A stretch of 64,000 nucleotides of DNA, from contig MFRW01000004.1 in the NCBI GenBank assembly GCA_001786575.1, positions 62,655-126,654 on the forward strand, given 5' to 3'. Position 1 is the stretch's first letter; each line of letters opens with the position of its first letter. Source of the stretch: Candidatus Moranbacteria bacterium RIFCSPHIGHO2_01_FULL_55_24 (GTDB taxonomy: Bacteria > Patescibacteriota > Minisyncoccia > Moranbacterales > UBA1568). Position numbers and translations under genes: made by a program. The notes beneath the pieces were generated by a model that saw only the letters and a program-made list of their open reading frames with translations, did no database searches and had not been told where the DNA came from. Shown one piece after another: positions 1-8,695 of this stretch.

Positions 1-473
1 CATCGCTCATCGGGGCCGGATGGGGAGCGTACCTTCTGTGGCAGAACCGCGCAAAGACTATCAATCAGCCTTCGATCGCTTCGGTGACCGTCGGGGAAGC
101 TATGGTGGAGACTGCGCCGAAGACCGAAGAGAAGCCGGCAGGCGAGGCGGCATCCGCTCCGGCAGCCAGTGGAGAGAGCGTGACCAAAGCCAAGGCAACC
201 CAGATGAGTGTCTTAAATGGCGGGGCTGCCAAAGGTACGGCTGGGACGGCAGGCGAGCTGTTGAAATCCGCAGGCTTCACCAAGATAACGGTCGGGAATA
301 CGCAGGCGGACTTCACCGGAACGACCGTCTACTACGCGGCTGGTTTGGAGAAAGAAGCGGCGGCTGTAGCCGACGCGCTCCGCAGCAAGTATCCGAATGT
401 CGCTCCGAAACCCGCAGAGGCGAGCAACAAAGAAACGAGCACGGCCTCTCTCACGGTAATCTTCGGAAAGTAG
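1..473 (+). CDS. LytR C-terminal-domain membrane protein (5' partial)
   Basis: Frame is open from the window edge (SLIGAGWGAYLLW TM-like segment), followed by an Ala/Glu-rich linker and VLNGGAAKGTAG...VGN...TTVYY...LTVIFGK, typical of LytR_C. Confidence 0.75.
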   Translation, partial: SLIGAGWGAYLLWQNRAKTINQPSIASVTVGEAMVETAPKTEEKPAGEAASAPAASGESVTKAKATQMSVLNGGAAKGTAGTAGELLKSAGFTKITVGNTQADFTGTTVYYAAGLEKEAAAVADALRSKYPNVAPKPAEASNKETSTASLTVIFGK

Positions 474-563
474 GGGTAATCCCTAGAGCCCGAGCTTCGC
501 ATCTCCCCATTTCGGGGAGATTTGCTTTATTTACGGCTTTGGCGCTACCCTAAAGGAAGAACT

Positions 564-2366
564 ATGCTAAACGGCCAGAATACAACCGAAGAGATCAAGG
601 CGCGGCTCAATATAGTGGATGTCGTGGGCTCGTATGTGCGCCTGGAGAAGGCCGGCGCTCACTACAAGGCCAATTGTCCGTTCCATCAGGAGCGGACTCC
701 GTCGTTCATGGTGAACGAGGAACGCAACATGTGGCACTGCTTCGGCTGCGGCAAGGGCGGCGACATCTTCGCGTTCGTCATGGAGATCGAGGGACTGGAA
801 TTCCGCGAAGCGCTCCAGATGCTCGCTGAACGGGCCGGCGTGGAACTTCCGAAGTATTCGCGCGAGTCCGAGGGCACTCGCGACAGCAAGGATCGCCTGT
901 ATGAACTGCTGGCCCTTGCGACCAAATTCTACGAACACCAGCTCTGGGAAGGCGGAGGAAAGACCAAGGTCCTCGGCTACTTGAAGGGCCGCGGCCTCTC
1001 GGAAGAAAGCATCCGCAAATTCCGCCTCGGCTATGCGCCGGACGGCTGGCAGCACCTGTCGGAATTCCTCATGAAAAAAGGCTACGCTGCCAAAGAGCTG
1101 GAAGCGGCCGGCCTCGCCCTGAAAAAAGAGAAGGGGAGCGGACATTACGACCGTTTCCGCGACCGGATCATGTTCCCGATTTTCGATATCCTGGGACGTC
1201 CGATCGGGTTTTCGGCTCGCGTCGCGCCTGGCGGCGATGAATCCCAGGCGAAATATATCAACACTCCCGAAACGGCGCTCTACCACAAGAGCCGCGCCTT
1301 GTACGGGCTTTCCCATGCCAAGCAAGCTATGAAGCAGGCGGGCTACACGGTCATCGTCGAGGGGAATATGGACGTGATCGCCATGCATCAGGCGGGGATT
1401 GAGAATACCGTCGCGGTATCCGGGACAGCGCTGACCGACGAGCAACTCACCATCATGAAGCGCTACGGGAATGAGGTGAGGCTCTTCTTCGACATGGACG
1501 GGGCCGGCCAGAAAGCGGCTCGGAAGAGCGCGGAACTGGCGCTTCAGAAAGAGCTCGCCGTATCCCTCATCGCGCTCGAGTCCGGCAAGGATGCTGCAGA
1601 CATAGGGAAGGACGACCCAGAGAAACTGAAAGCCGCAGTGGCTGCTCCATTGCCCGCGCCCAAGTATTTCTTGCAGTCTCTTCTGGCTGCTCACGACCAG
1701 GCGACACCGGAGGGCAAGCGGGCGATTACCGACGACTTCAGTGAACTGCTCATCGCCATCAAGAATCCGATCGAGCGCGCCTTCTGGATCAAAGAGCTTT
1801 CCCGGGAAATCGGTGTCGAGGAAAAACTGCTCATCGGTATGGTGAACCAGTCGTTCCTCGAAAGGACGCGCCGCGACGGACCGGAGCCGGGGAGCTACAC
1901 GAAGCCTTCGCAGGCGCTGCCGGCCTTCGGCAGTCGCGCCGAACGTTTGCGCGAGGAACTGGTGGCCCTCATGTGCACCGATAACGCGGTGCGGAACGGA
2001 CTGCTCTCCAAAGTTTCTCCGGATGCCAAAGTTTTCCTTGAGAAGCACCCGCTCTTCTTCTTTGTCCTCCAGGCCGGCCAGGCTGACGTGCTCTCGCTCA
2101 TCGAGGACCAGAGTCTCAAAAGCGAAGCCTCACGCCTGGTATTCCGCCTTGAGGAAAGCCCGGATCTCATCGGTCTTTCCGGAGCGGAGCGCCAGGCCAA
2201 GATGGAAGAAATGGGCCAGGGATACCTGGATGACCTGGAGCGTGAAGTGACCAAGTACGAAAGACTGCGCGTTCTGGAGCAGGAACTCACTCTCGCCCGC
2301 ACCCATGGAGACAAAGAGAAGGAAATGACGCTCCTTGCCGAATTTGCCAAGCTTTCCGCAAAATAG
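564..2366 (+). CDS. dnaG: DNA primase
   Basis: CHC2 zinc finger (CPFH...WHCFGC), DRFRDRIMFPI, KYINTPET, TOPRIM (IVEGNMDV, FDMDGAG); directly upstream of rpoD. Confidence 0.98.
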   Translation: MLNGQNTTEEIKARLNIVDVVGSYVRLEKAGAHYKANCPFHQERTPSFMVNEERNMWHCFGCGKGGDIFAFVMEIEGLEFREALQMLAERAGVELPKYSRESEGTRDSKDRLYELLALATKFYEHQLWEGGGKTKVLGYLKGRGLSEESIRKFRLGYAPDGWQHLSEFLMKKGYAAKELEAAGLALKKEKGSGHYDRFRDRIMFPIFDILGRPIGFSARVAPGGDESQAKYINTPETALYHKSRALYGLSHAKQAMKQAGYTVIVEGNMDVIAMHQAGIENTVAVSGTALTDEQLTIMKRYGNEVRLFFDMDGAGQKAARKSAELALQKELAVSLIALESGKDAADIGKDDPEKLKAAVAAPLPAPKYFLQSLLAAHDQATPEGKRAITDDFSELLIAIKNPIERAFWIKELSREIGVEEKLLIGMVNQSFLERTRRDGPEPGSYTKPSQALPAFGSRAERLREELVALMCTDNAVRNGLLSKVSPDAKVFLEKHPLFFFVLQAGQADVLSLIEDQSLKSEASRLVFRLEESPDLIGLSGAERQAKMEEMGQGYLDDLEREVTKYERLRVLEQELTLARTHGDKEKEMTLLAEFAKLSAK

Positions 2367-2465
2367 CTTCCCAGACGAGAAAAAAGCTGGTATGATGCAG
2401 TATTCCCTCTTGTATTTTCAGAAGCGTTCCGCTTCGCCCTCTCTCATTTGTTATTTCTAACCAGT

Positions 2466-3857
2466 ATGGCAAAAAAGACCAAGAAACAAGCCAAAAAACC
2501 TGCCAAGCCAGCCAAGAAAAAGAAGGCTGCTGCCAAGCCGAAACCCGCCAAGAAGAAGGCGGTAAAGAAAGCTGCTCCGAAAAAGGGGAGCAAGAGAACC
2601 GCTCCGAAAAAGAAGGCGGTAAAGAAGCCTGCGAAAAAAGCCGCACCGAAAAAAACCAAGAAGCCGAAGAAGGCTCCGAAGAAAGCCGCCCCGAAAAAGA
2701 AGCTTACGAAAAAAGCGGCTCAAAAAAAAGAACTCCTCCAGAAACAGAAGCAGGACGCCTTCGCAGAGCTGATCGCTCGCGGGAAGCAGCGTGGCTTCGT
2801 GACGGAAGACGAGATCATCCACATCCTGCCGGACGTCGAGACGGATCTCGAACACCTCGAAAGCCTCTATGAGAAACTCGAGACTTCCGGTATCCGCGTC
2901 GTCGGGTCCGACGAGATGCTCAAAGTAGAGACGGACAAAGTCGGCGAGTCCTTCGGGAAAGCCAGCAAGAAAGGAAAGGCTGCCGCCAAGAAAGAGAAGA
3001 AAGCCGAGTGGGGCGAAGAGAGCGACAGTACCTCGGATCTCGTGCAGATGTATCTCAAGGAAATCGGCCGCGTGGCGCTCCTTTCCGGCGAAGAAGAAGT
3101 GCGTCTCGCCAAGCTGATAGAAAAGGGCGACCTGAATGCCAAACAGCGCCTGACCGAGGCGAACCTGCGCTTGGTGGTTTCGATCGCCAAGAAATACGTC
3201 GGCCGTTCGCACAATCTCTCGCTGCTCGACCTCATCCAGGAAGGGAACATCGGCCTCTTCCGCGCTGTAGAAAAATTTGATTACCGCAAGGGATTCAAAT
3301 TCTCGACCTACGCCACCTGGTGGATTCGCCAGGCAATCACGCGTGCCCTGGCAGACCAGTCCCGTACTATCCGCATCCCGGTCCACATGGTGGAAACCAT
3401 CAACAAGTATGCCCAGGTGACGCGCCGTTTGGTGCAGGAGCTCGGCCGTGAACCTCTCGCCGAAGAGATCGCTGCAGAAATGAACATGGAAGTCGACAAG
3501 ATCCGCCATATCCAGAAGATCTCGCAGGAAACCGTCTCGCTCGAGACGAGCGTCGGTGACAACGAGGATGACAGCGTGCTCGGAGACTTCATCGAAGACA
3601 CCGAGACCGTCATGCCAAACCAGGCCGCTTCGCGCAAGCTCCTGAAGTCGCACATCACCGATATCCTAAGCGAGCTCACGCCGCGCGAGCAGAAGATCCT
3701 GCGCATCCGCTTCGGCCTTGAGGACGGCGTGACCCACACGCTCGAAGAAGTGGGCCAGGAATTCGGCGTCACTCGCGAGCGTATCCGCCAGATCGAGGCC
3801 AAGGCGCTCGAGAAGATTCGCGAACACGAGCACCTGAAGAAGCTCAAAGACTACTAA
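2466..3857 (+). CDS. rpoD: Primary sigma-70 factor with Lys/Ala/Pro-rich N-terminal extension
   Basis: Region 1.2 ([11 protein letters not shown]), region 2 ([26 protein letters not shown]), region 4 ([24 protein letters not shown]). Confidence 0.98.
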   Translation: MAKKTKKQAKKPAKPAKKKKAAAKPKPAKKKAVKKAAPKKGSKRTAPKKKAVKKPAKKAAPKKTKKPKKAPKKAAPKKKLTKKAAQKKELLQKQKQDAFAELIARGKQRGFVTEDEIIHILPDVETDLEHLESLYEKLETSGIRVVGSDEMLKVETDKVGESFGKASKKGKAAAKKEKKAEWGEESDSTSDLVQMYLKEIGRVALLSGEEEVRLAKLIEKGDLNAKQRLTEANLRLVVSIAKKYVGRSHNLSLLDLIQEGNIGLFRAVEKFDYRKGFKFSTYATWWIRQAITRALADQSRTIRIPVHMVETINKYAQVTRRLVQELGREPLAEEIAAEMNMEVDKIRHIQKISQETVSLETSVGDNEDDSVLGDFIEDTETVMPNQAASRKLLKSHITDILSELTPREQKILRIRFGLEDGVTHTLEEVGQEFGVTRERIRQIEAKALEKIREHEHLKKLKDY

Positions 3858-3861
3858 AAAC

Positions 3862-3890
3862 AAGCCCTGGATCCATCCAGGGCTTTCTCT
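3862..3890 (+). terminator. Intrinsic terminator of dnaG-rpoD
   Basis: AAGCCCTGGAT-CC-ATCCAGGGCTT hairpin followed by TCTCT, right after the stop. Confidence 0.75.
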
Positions 3891-3918
3891 TGCCAAAACA
3901 GGAGAGCTCGGCTATAAT
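3890..3918 (+). promoter_or_regulatory. Sigma-70 promoter for tRNA-Asn
   Basis: TTGCCA-17 bp-TATAAT. Confidence 0.7.
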
Positions 3919-3996
3919 CTATTTGTTTTACTTTTCGGTAAGACATCGAAAATTGAATACTCCGTCCGCCAGCTGGCGGATCGGTGGTAGAAATAC

Positions 3997-4068
3997 TCCG
4001 GCGTAGCTCAGTGGTAGAGCAGGTGGCTGTTAACCACTTGGTCGTAGGTTCGAATCCTACCGCCGGAG
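3997..4068 (+). tRNA. tRNA-Asn (GTT), CCA not encoded
   Basis: Cloverleaf: acceptor TCCGGCG/CGCCGGA, D arm GCTC/GAGC, anticodon arm GGTGG-CTGTTAA-CCACT, T arm GTAGG-TTCGAAT-CCTAC, discriminator G. Confidence 0.98.
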
Positions 4069-4134
4069 CATATGCAAAAAGAGCGTCCAATTGGGCGCTT
4101 TTTTGTATGTATTTCAGGGCGGTAGGATGAGAAC
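4066..4134 (+). repeat. tRNA-linked repeat copy 1 (hairpin plus inverted tRNA 3' segment)
   Basis: About 70-bp imperfect direct repeat of 7170-7239. Ends in GGCGGTAGGATGAGAAC, the near reverse complement of the tRNA T-arm/acceptor segment. Confidence 0.9.
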
Positions 4135-4238
4135 GGGAAGGGGTCGGGAAACAGGAGTTTCCCGTTTGGGGTGACCCAGACTCGTCTGGGGCTAGAGGGC
4201 GGAAGCCCTATAGAACGCAGCGAAGCGAGTAGTGAGAT

Positions 4239-4256
4239 TCCTACCGCCGGAGCATA
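4239..4256 (+). repeat. Direct repeat of tRNA-Asn 3' end (att-like)
   Basis: TCCTACCGCCGGAGCATA is identical to 4055-4072. Confidence 0.92.
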
Positions 4257-4344
4257 GAAACACATCTGTTAAGGTGTGTTTTTTCTTTGAGAGGACTATA
4301 TAATGGAGAAAGATTCAGAAAAAGGTACCTGACCCCTTTTTTGT

Positions 4345-4534
4345 CCACTTTTGTGTGATAATGACCAGAACCGAACTGATTAGTATATGTTGATGCTTTT
4401 TCTTTTTCGTAGTCTAAAGCATATATTGTTTGCCAACCTGATTTTTCGAGACCCATCGTTACTAGTCCAATGCCCGCAAAGAAATCTGCGACCGTAGGGT
4501 TATTGAACTTTGTGGATTTTTTCTTCATAACCAT
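4345..4534 (-). pseudogene. Truncated DNA (cytosine-5)-methyltransferase (N-terminal ~60 aa only)
   Basis: Motif I VADFFAGIGLVTMGL and motif II-like ALDYEKEKASTY; homology stops before the catalytic PC motif. The truncation point is approximate. Confidence 0.75.
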
Positions 4535-4550
4535 GCTCAAGAACAAGAAT

Positions 4551-5063
4551 TTATATCAATTCTATTAAACGTAAGTTCGACAGTCTGTATTTCATTGCAT
4601 CCTGACTGACTTGGTACTTCTTAGCCAGGTCTATTAAATGGTCTTGTGAGAAGCTTTCTTTCGAGATTTTTTCAAAATCTAGAGTTAATAGTTTTTTTGG
4701 CATTAGAATGTTAGCTGCAAAGAAATCAGCTCTTTTCTCTTCTTTTGGCTTATCCAGTAGCCTTGTGCTTGTTCTATAATCAATGGAAACTTTATTCTTT
4801 TTATCAAAAAGAAAGTGAGCGATTTCATGAGCTACTGTAAAACGCATTCTCGTTTTTGGCTCACTACTATTAATTCCCATAAGTGCTTGCCCATCTTCTC
4901 TTCGGATGAGCATCCCGGAGTACTCTTCGCTAGGGGCGTAGCTTATTTTAATCCCGAGTTTGTCAGCGATACTTTCAATATCAACCGGCACTTCGTGAAT
5001 GTTGGATTCGAGAAGAATCTTATTTGCCCTTAATTCAACTATTTTAATATCCCTACTGTTCAT
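4551..5063 (-). CDS. ImmA/IrrE (CapP-like) zinc metallopeptidase
   Basis: PVDIESIA, RMRFTVAHEIAH (HExxH), EKRADFFAANILMP, LAKKYQVS. Confidence 0.92.
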   Translation of the reverse strand: MNSRDIKIVELRANKILLESNIHEVPVDIESIADKLGIKISYAPSEEYSGMLIRREDGQALMGINSSEPKTRMRFTVAHEIAHFLFDKKNKVSIDYRTSTRLLDKPKEEKRADFFAANILMPKKLLTLDFEKISKESFSQDHLIDLAKKYQVSQDAMKYRLSNLRLIELI

Positions 5064-5464
5064 ACGTGTGTTCCATTAGTGGGTTTTCCGAACAAGTCGC
5101 CTAGCCATTTAACGGCCTTCTTGTCGACTTTTTTTACTTCCTCTACATCTCTTTCGGTGATTTGGAAGCCATCGGGGGTAGGGGGGAAGAGTTCTTGGAT
5201 GTTACATCCTAGCCGGCATGCCATTTCCCAGAGGAGCACTGCATTGATATTTCTTTTCCCATTCTCGATCTGGGTAAGAGTTACTCGGCTGATTCCTAGT
5301 TTCTCAGCTACAGCACGAGCGGAAAGTGCACCACGGGATCGCCTCCTCATTGATTTGATTCTTTGCCCAATGTCTTGACGGATCTCCTCTTGAGTTTTTC
5401 TCTTATCGGGTTTGGAACTTTCCTTTTTCATTATAGCTGATTTAAGAGGGGAGTGTTTGTGCAT
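5060..5464 (-). CDS. XRE-family helix-turn-helix regulator
   Basis: IGQRIKSMR...SARAVAEKLGISRVTLTQIENGKRN; overlaps the IrrE start by 4 nt. The start could be the second Met. Confidence 0.9.
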   Translation of the reverse strand: MHKHSPLKSAIMKKESSKPDKRKTQEEIRQDIGQRIKSMRRRSRGALSARAVAEKLGISRVTLTQIENGKRNINAVLLWEMACRLGCNIQELFPPTPDGFQITERDVEEVKKVDKKAVKWLGDLFGKPTNGTHV

Positions 5465-5588
5465 AACGGGTTCTTTTTCCGAACAATATGTTACTATATG
5501 TAACTTTTAGTTCAGAAAAAAGAGTATTTACATTGTAACACCATGATGATAGCCTTGCAATATCTCCATAATCTTTTAACACACAATT

Positions 5589-5816
5589 ATGGCACAGCAG
5601 CATGTAGTTAAGCGACCTGATGGTTGGGCAGTCCGGGGCGCGGGAAATAGTCGGGACACTGTTCGGACCAATACTCAGCGAGAGGCTATCTCTGTCGCTC
5701 GAACAATCGCTCAGAAGCAGAAGACGGAAGTGGTAATCCACGATACTCATGGAAAGATTCGGGACAAAGATTCCTACGGGAACGATCCGCATCCCCCAGT
5801 AGATAAGAGACATTAA
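5589..5816 (+). CDS. DUF2188-family small protein
   Basis: HVVKRPDGWAVR...TQREAI..AR..A...EVVIH...GKIR..DSYGNDP pattern. Confidence 0.85.
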   Translation: MAQQHVVKRPDGWAVRGAGNSRDTVRTNTQREAISVARTIAQKQKTEVVIHDTHGKIRDKDSYGNDPHPPVDKRH

Positions 5817-5835
5817 AAGGGAATCTTTCTTCTGT

Positions 5836-7047
5836 ATGAACATACTAAGTAAATCAGTCAAATCCTTGAATTTTTCGGACGTCGTTTCTTTTTGCGAGGA
5901 AGGGGTACCTGAGGGTATTCAGATAGACTACAAAAAAGAGTTTCCGCAAAAAGGCTTCGCTAAGCATTTCGCTTCATTTTCCAATACGCGCGGAGGGGTC
6001 ATTATCATTGGAGTTGAAGAAGATAGGAAATCTGGCTCCCCGTCTGTTTGGGAGGGCGTCAATAGGGATGCAAAGCAGATTGAGAAAATTCACCAAGAGG
6101 CTGGGAACGTGGAACCCATACCTTCCTATGAAGTGCATGTTACTGATGAGGTTGAGGGGAAGTGTTTTGTGCTAATTCGGATATATGAAGGAGATAAAAC
6201 TCCTTACCGACCACAGAATGACTCTAATGTTTGGGTTAGAACGGGAAATGTGAGTAACCCCATAGACATTGCTTCTCCTGACGGATTGGAACTTCTCTTT
6301 GGTAAAAAAGAAAAAGCCGAAAAAGCAAGGGAGCTGTATTTAGAGCGAGCAGAAGAAGTATTTACAGCAGGCTTAGAGCGAGAAAGGAAAAAAGAGGGGA
6401 GAGAGGAAGTTGGTTCAAACGCCATTGTTTGCCGTATCGCTATCCAGCCCTATTTTCCCCAGAAGGCTTTGGGAAATCCTCAAGAAATAAAGGCGGCCCT
6501 TGATGGAATGCGTTTTCGTACAAGATATGTGAGCTTTCCGAACCTGAATATGGAGGCCATCCCGGAAGGCTTATTCAGTTTTGTTAGCGGTGGGGGTGGC
6601 TATTTTCAGTCGGAACAAATTTACTCACAAGGGTTGATCTTCGAGCATTTTGACGCGCTCAGTGTTCAGAGTGATGGTAGGAGAGTTGTCCCTCTATGGC
6701 GGGTAATCGGACAGTTTTTGGCAATAACGCAATTCGCAAAGGCATTCTATGTAAAATTTGGCTATCAAGGAAATCTAGAGGGATTTATCTCTCTTGAGGG
6801 TATGGAAGATGTCTTTGTCGCCAAGTTGAAACCATCAAACCGCATGTTTTTTGATGATGACAACAAGAGCTTTATCAAAGATTACCGCTGGAAGATTGAT
6901 ATGGATACTGACACTTTGCAGTCCCCAGAAAGGCTCAAAGCCTATATCTTCGGTCTTATCCGAGAGATTTACTGGCATTTTGGGTACGAAGAAATTACGG
7001 ATCCTGTAATGGAAGACTATCTTAAAGAGGCTGGCCTTTCGCTCTAA
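5836..7047 (+). CDS. Schlafen/AlbA_2-domain protein with uncharacterised C-terminal domain
   Basis: EGIQIDYKKE, FASFSNTRGGVIIIGVEE, VLIRI...PY...VWVRTG. Confidence 0.88.
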   Translation: MNILSKSVKSLNFSDVVSFCEEGVPEGIQIDYKKEFPQKGFAKHFASFSNTRGGVIIIGVEEDRKSGSPSVWEGVNRDAKQIEKIHQEAGNVEPIPSYEVHVTDEVEGKCFVLIRIYEGDKTPYRPQNDSNVWVRTGNVSNPIDIASPDGLELLFGKKEKAEKARELYLERAEEVFTAGLERERKKEGREEVGSNAIVCRIAIQPYFPQKALGNPQEIKAALDGMRFRTRYVSFPNLNMEAIPEGLFSFVSGGGGYFQSEQIYSQGLIFEHFDALSVQSDGRRVVPLWRVIGQFLAITQFAKAFYVKFGYQGNLEGFISLEGMEDVFVAKLKPSNRMFFDDDNKSFIKDYRWKIDMDTDTLQSPERLKAYIFGLIREIYWHFGYEEITDPVMEDYLKEAGLSL

Positions 7048-7169
7048 GAAGAATTCTGAATAAATTAAGCAATTTGACCCTTGAGCAAAGACACCGTTTG
7101 TTCAAAGCAATAATCAGTATTAGGGTAACATTTACTTAACTCTAGTGTTCCGAAATCATCCCACTTCGT

Positions 7170-7239
7170 GAGCATATGCAAAAAGCGCGTCCTTAAGGGC
7201 GCGCTTTTTGCATGTATTTCAGGGCGGTAGGATTTGAAC
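7170..7239 (+). repeat. tRNA-linked repeat copy 2
   Basis: GAGCATATGCAAAAAGCGCGTCC-TTAA-GGGCGCGCTTTTTGCATGTATTTCAGGGCGGTAGGATTTGAAC, similar to 4066-4134. Confidence 0.9.
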
Positions 7240-7381
7240 ATAGGAAGACTGTCGGCAAGGCATGGGGCAAGAAATAAGAGCTTTCCATAAAAGGAGAGCA
7301 GCGAGTAAAGAATGATTTGACAAAGGGGAGTATACTTTAATAGGTAGATGTTAGGGGCATAATTATTGCCGAGACATATCT

Positions 7382-7945
7382 ATGAGGAAATTTGTAGCAA
7401 GAATATTTTTAGGGATCCTCGGACTGGCTGCGCTTTGGAGCGTGCCTTTCCATAGTGTTGAGGCGGCCTTGAAACCTGGGACAATGAAAGATTACAGGAT
7501 CGTGGTTCCTGGGGTGCTGTCCCGTTCCTCTGTGCCTAGCGGAAAGCAACTGCTTGGCCTTAAGGAGAAAGGATGGAAAAGCGTTATTACACTCGTTTCT
7601 TCCGGGGAGTTGGCAGCCTATAAAAAGATTGACCCAACACTCACGGAAGAGTTTAAGCGATCCGGATTGAAGAAGTTTTCCGTTATTATTCCAGAATCAC
7701 AACCGCCGACCGAAGCACAGGCTCTCCAATTTCTCGCTATCGTGAAAAATCCAAAAAATCAACCAGTACATATATATTGTCGTAAAGGGCATGCGCGAAC
7801 CGGGACGATGATCGCGCTGTATCGTTATTCGGTCCAGAAATGGACTATGAAAAAGGCAATCAGGGAAGCGGAGCGTTATGGTAGTGGGATAGGAAAGAAA
7901 CAAAGAGCTTGGCTCACGGAATGGGCACGGACGCATCCCAACTAG
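7382..7945 (+). CDS. Exported tyrosine/dual-specificity-type phosphatase
   Basis: Signal peptide ending VEA; CX5R loop HIYCRKGHARTG. Confidence 0.85.
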   Translation: MRKFVARIFLGILGLAALWSVPFHSVEAALKPGTMKDYRIVVPGVLSRSSVPSGKQLLGLKEKGWKSVITLVSSGELAAYKKIDPTLTEEFKRSGLKKFSVIIPESQPPTEAQALQFLAIVKNPKNQPVHIYCRKGHARTGTMIALYRYSVQKWTMKKAIREAERYGSGIGKKQRAWLTEWARTHPN

Positions 7946-8009
7946 TCACAGCTCAATCGTTTCCGCCCTGCGCGCTCGAACCTCGTCCGATAGGTGGAAC
8001 AAGATTCAG

Positions 8010-8037
8010 AAAGAGGCTTACATAAGCCTCTTTTTTT
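8010..8037 (+). terminator. Intrinsic terminator
   Basis: AAAGAGGCTTA-CA-TAAGCCTCTTT followed by a T run. Confidence 0.75.
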
Positions 8038-8122
8038 ATGTATCGCTTGACTTCCGTACGGCGAGTTGTATAGTGAATTGTTCATTGAAAACTTAATCAA
8101 ATCTTTAGCAGGGAGGGGTACC

Positions 8123-8683
8123 ATGAATGCTTTCGAAGAAGAGGAAGAGGCTTCGGCTCTCCTTCCTCCTAAAGCTGCAACGTGTCTGTGCCCCTCTCTT
8201 CTCCAGTATTCTTCGGAGACGTTAGGGGTGAGTTGTCAAAAAATCTTTGAGCGCGCGTACAAGCGTTCAGGCCAAGATGATTCTTATGGCCGAGCCATGT
8301 TCGTGCGTTTTTGTAACGCCCGACAGGAAGAGAGAGAAGACCTTATTCCCAGTGCGATTCGCGAGTATTGCGAACGTGCAGAGAAGATGTCTCTGGGGCG
8401 GAAGCCTCGAAGAAAAGGTTTCTGCGTCGGATGTCGTATGAACCCGAAAGCCTGGGGCGGTGTTGTCTTTTGCTACGCTCTGATGTACCCGGAAGTAACA
8501 GATGCACTGCTTCAGGCAGAAGCCAGAGGCAAGCATCTGAACGGAAATGGCAAGCAAGCACCAGAGCCAGAGCTTTCGGAAGTCGATAAGCTCTTGTTGG
8601 ATCTGGAAGATTCTGGCGCGCTCGACGACTTTGAGGATGACAGCTGGGATCGTAATATGCACGATGACAGTTTTGGAACATAA
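8123..8683 (+). CDS. Hypothetical Cys-rich protein with acidic tail
   Basis: GGAGG-like RBS, upstream TTGACT-16-TATAGT (8047-8074), eight Cys including CVGC; precedes the ParB-like gene. Confidence 0.65.
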   Translation: MNAFEEEEEASALLPPKAATCLCPSLLQYSSETLGVSCQKIFERAYKRSGQDDSYGRAMFVRFCNARQEEREDLIPSAIREYCERAEKMSLGRKPRRKGFCVGCRMNPKAWGGVVFCYALMYPEVTDALLQAEARGKHLNGNGKQAPEPELSEVDKLLLDLEDSGALDDFEDDSWDRNMHDDSFGT

Positions 8684-8695
8684 GGGAGGAATGAT

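Larger units (their letters stand above)
4257..7169. mobile_element. AT-rich islet at tRNA-Asn (no integrase in window)
   Basis: Visibly AT-richer than the flanks, bounded by tRNA-derived repeats, with defence/regulatory cargo. Confidence 0.7.

Noticed and set aside
2466-2740. DNA tandem repeat or separate histone-like gene before rpoD
   Set aside because: The repeats are degenerate at DNA level and in frame with rpoD without a stop; treated as a protein tail.
4008-4265. Short ORFs across the tRNA and repeats (also 3854-4090)
   Set aside because: Antisense translations of the tRNA and its repeats; the shared APAVG peptide merely reflects the duplicated tRNA end.
4055-7239. CRISPR array or prophage at tRNA-Asn
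   Set aside because: Only two to three repeat copies at irregular spacing; no cas, integrase or phage structural genes.
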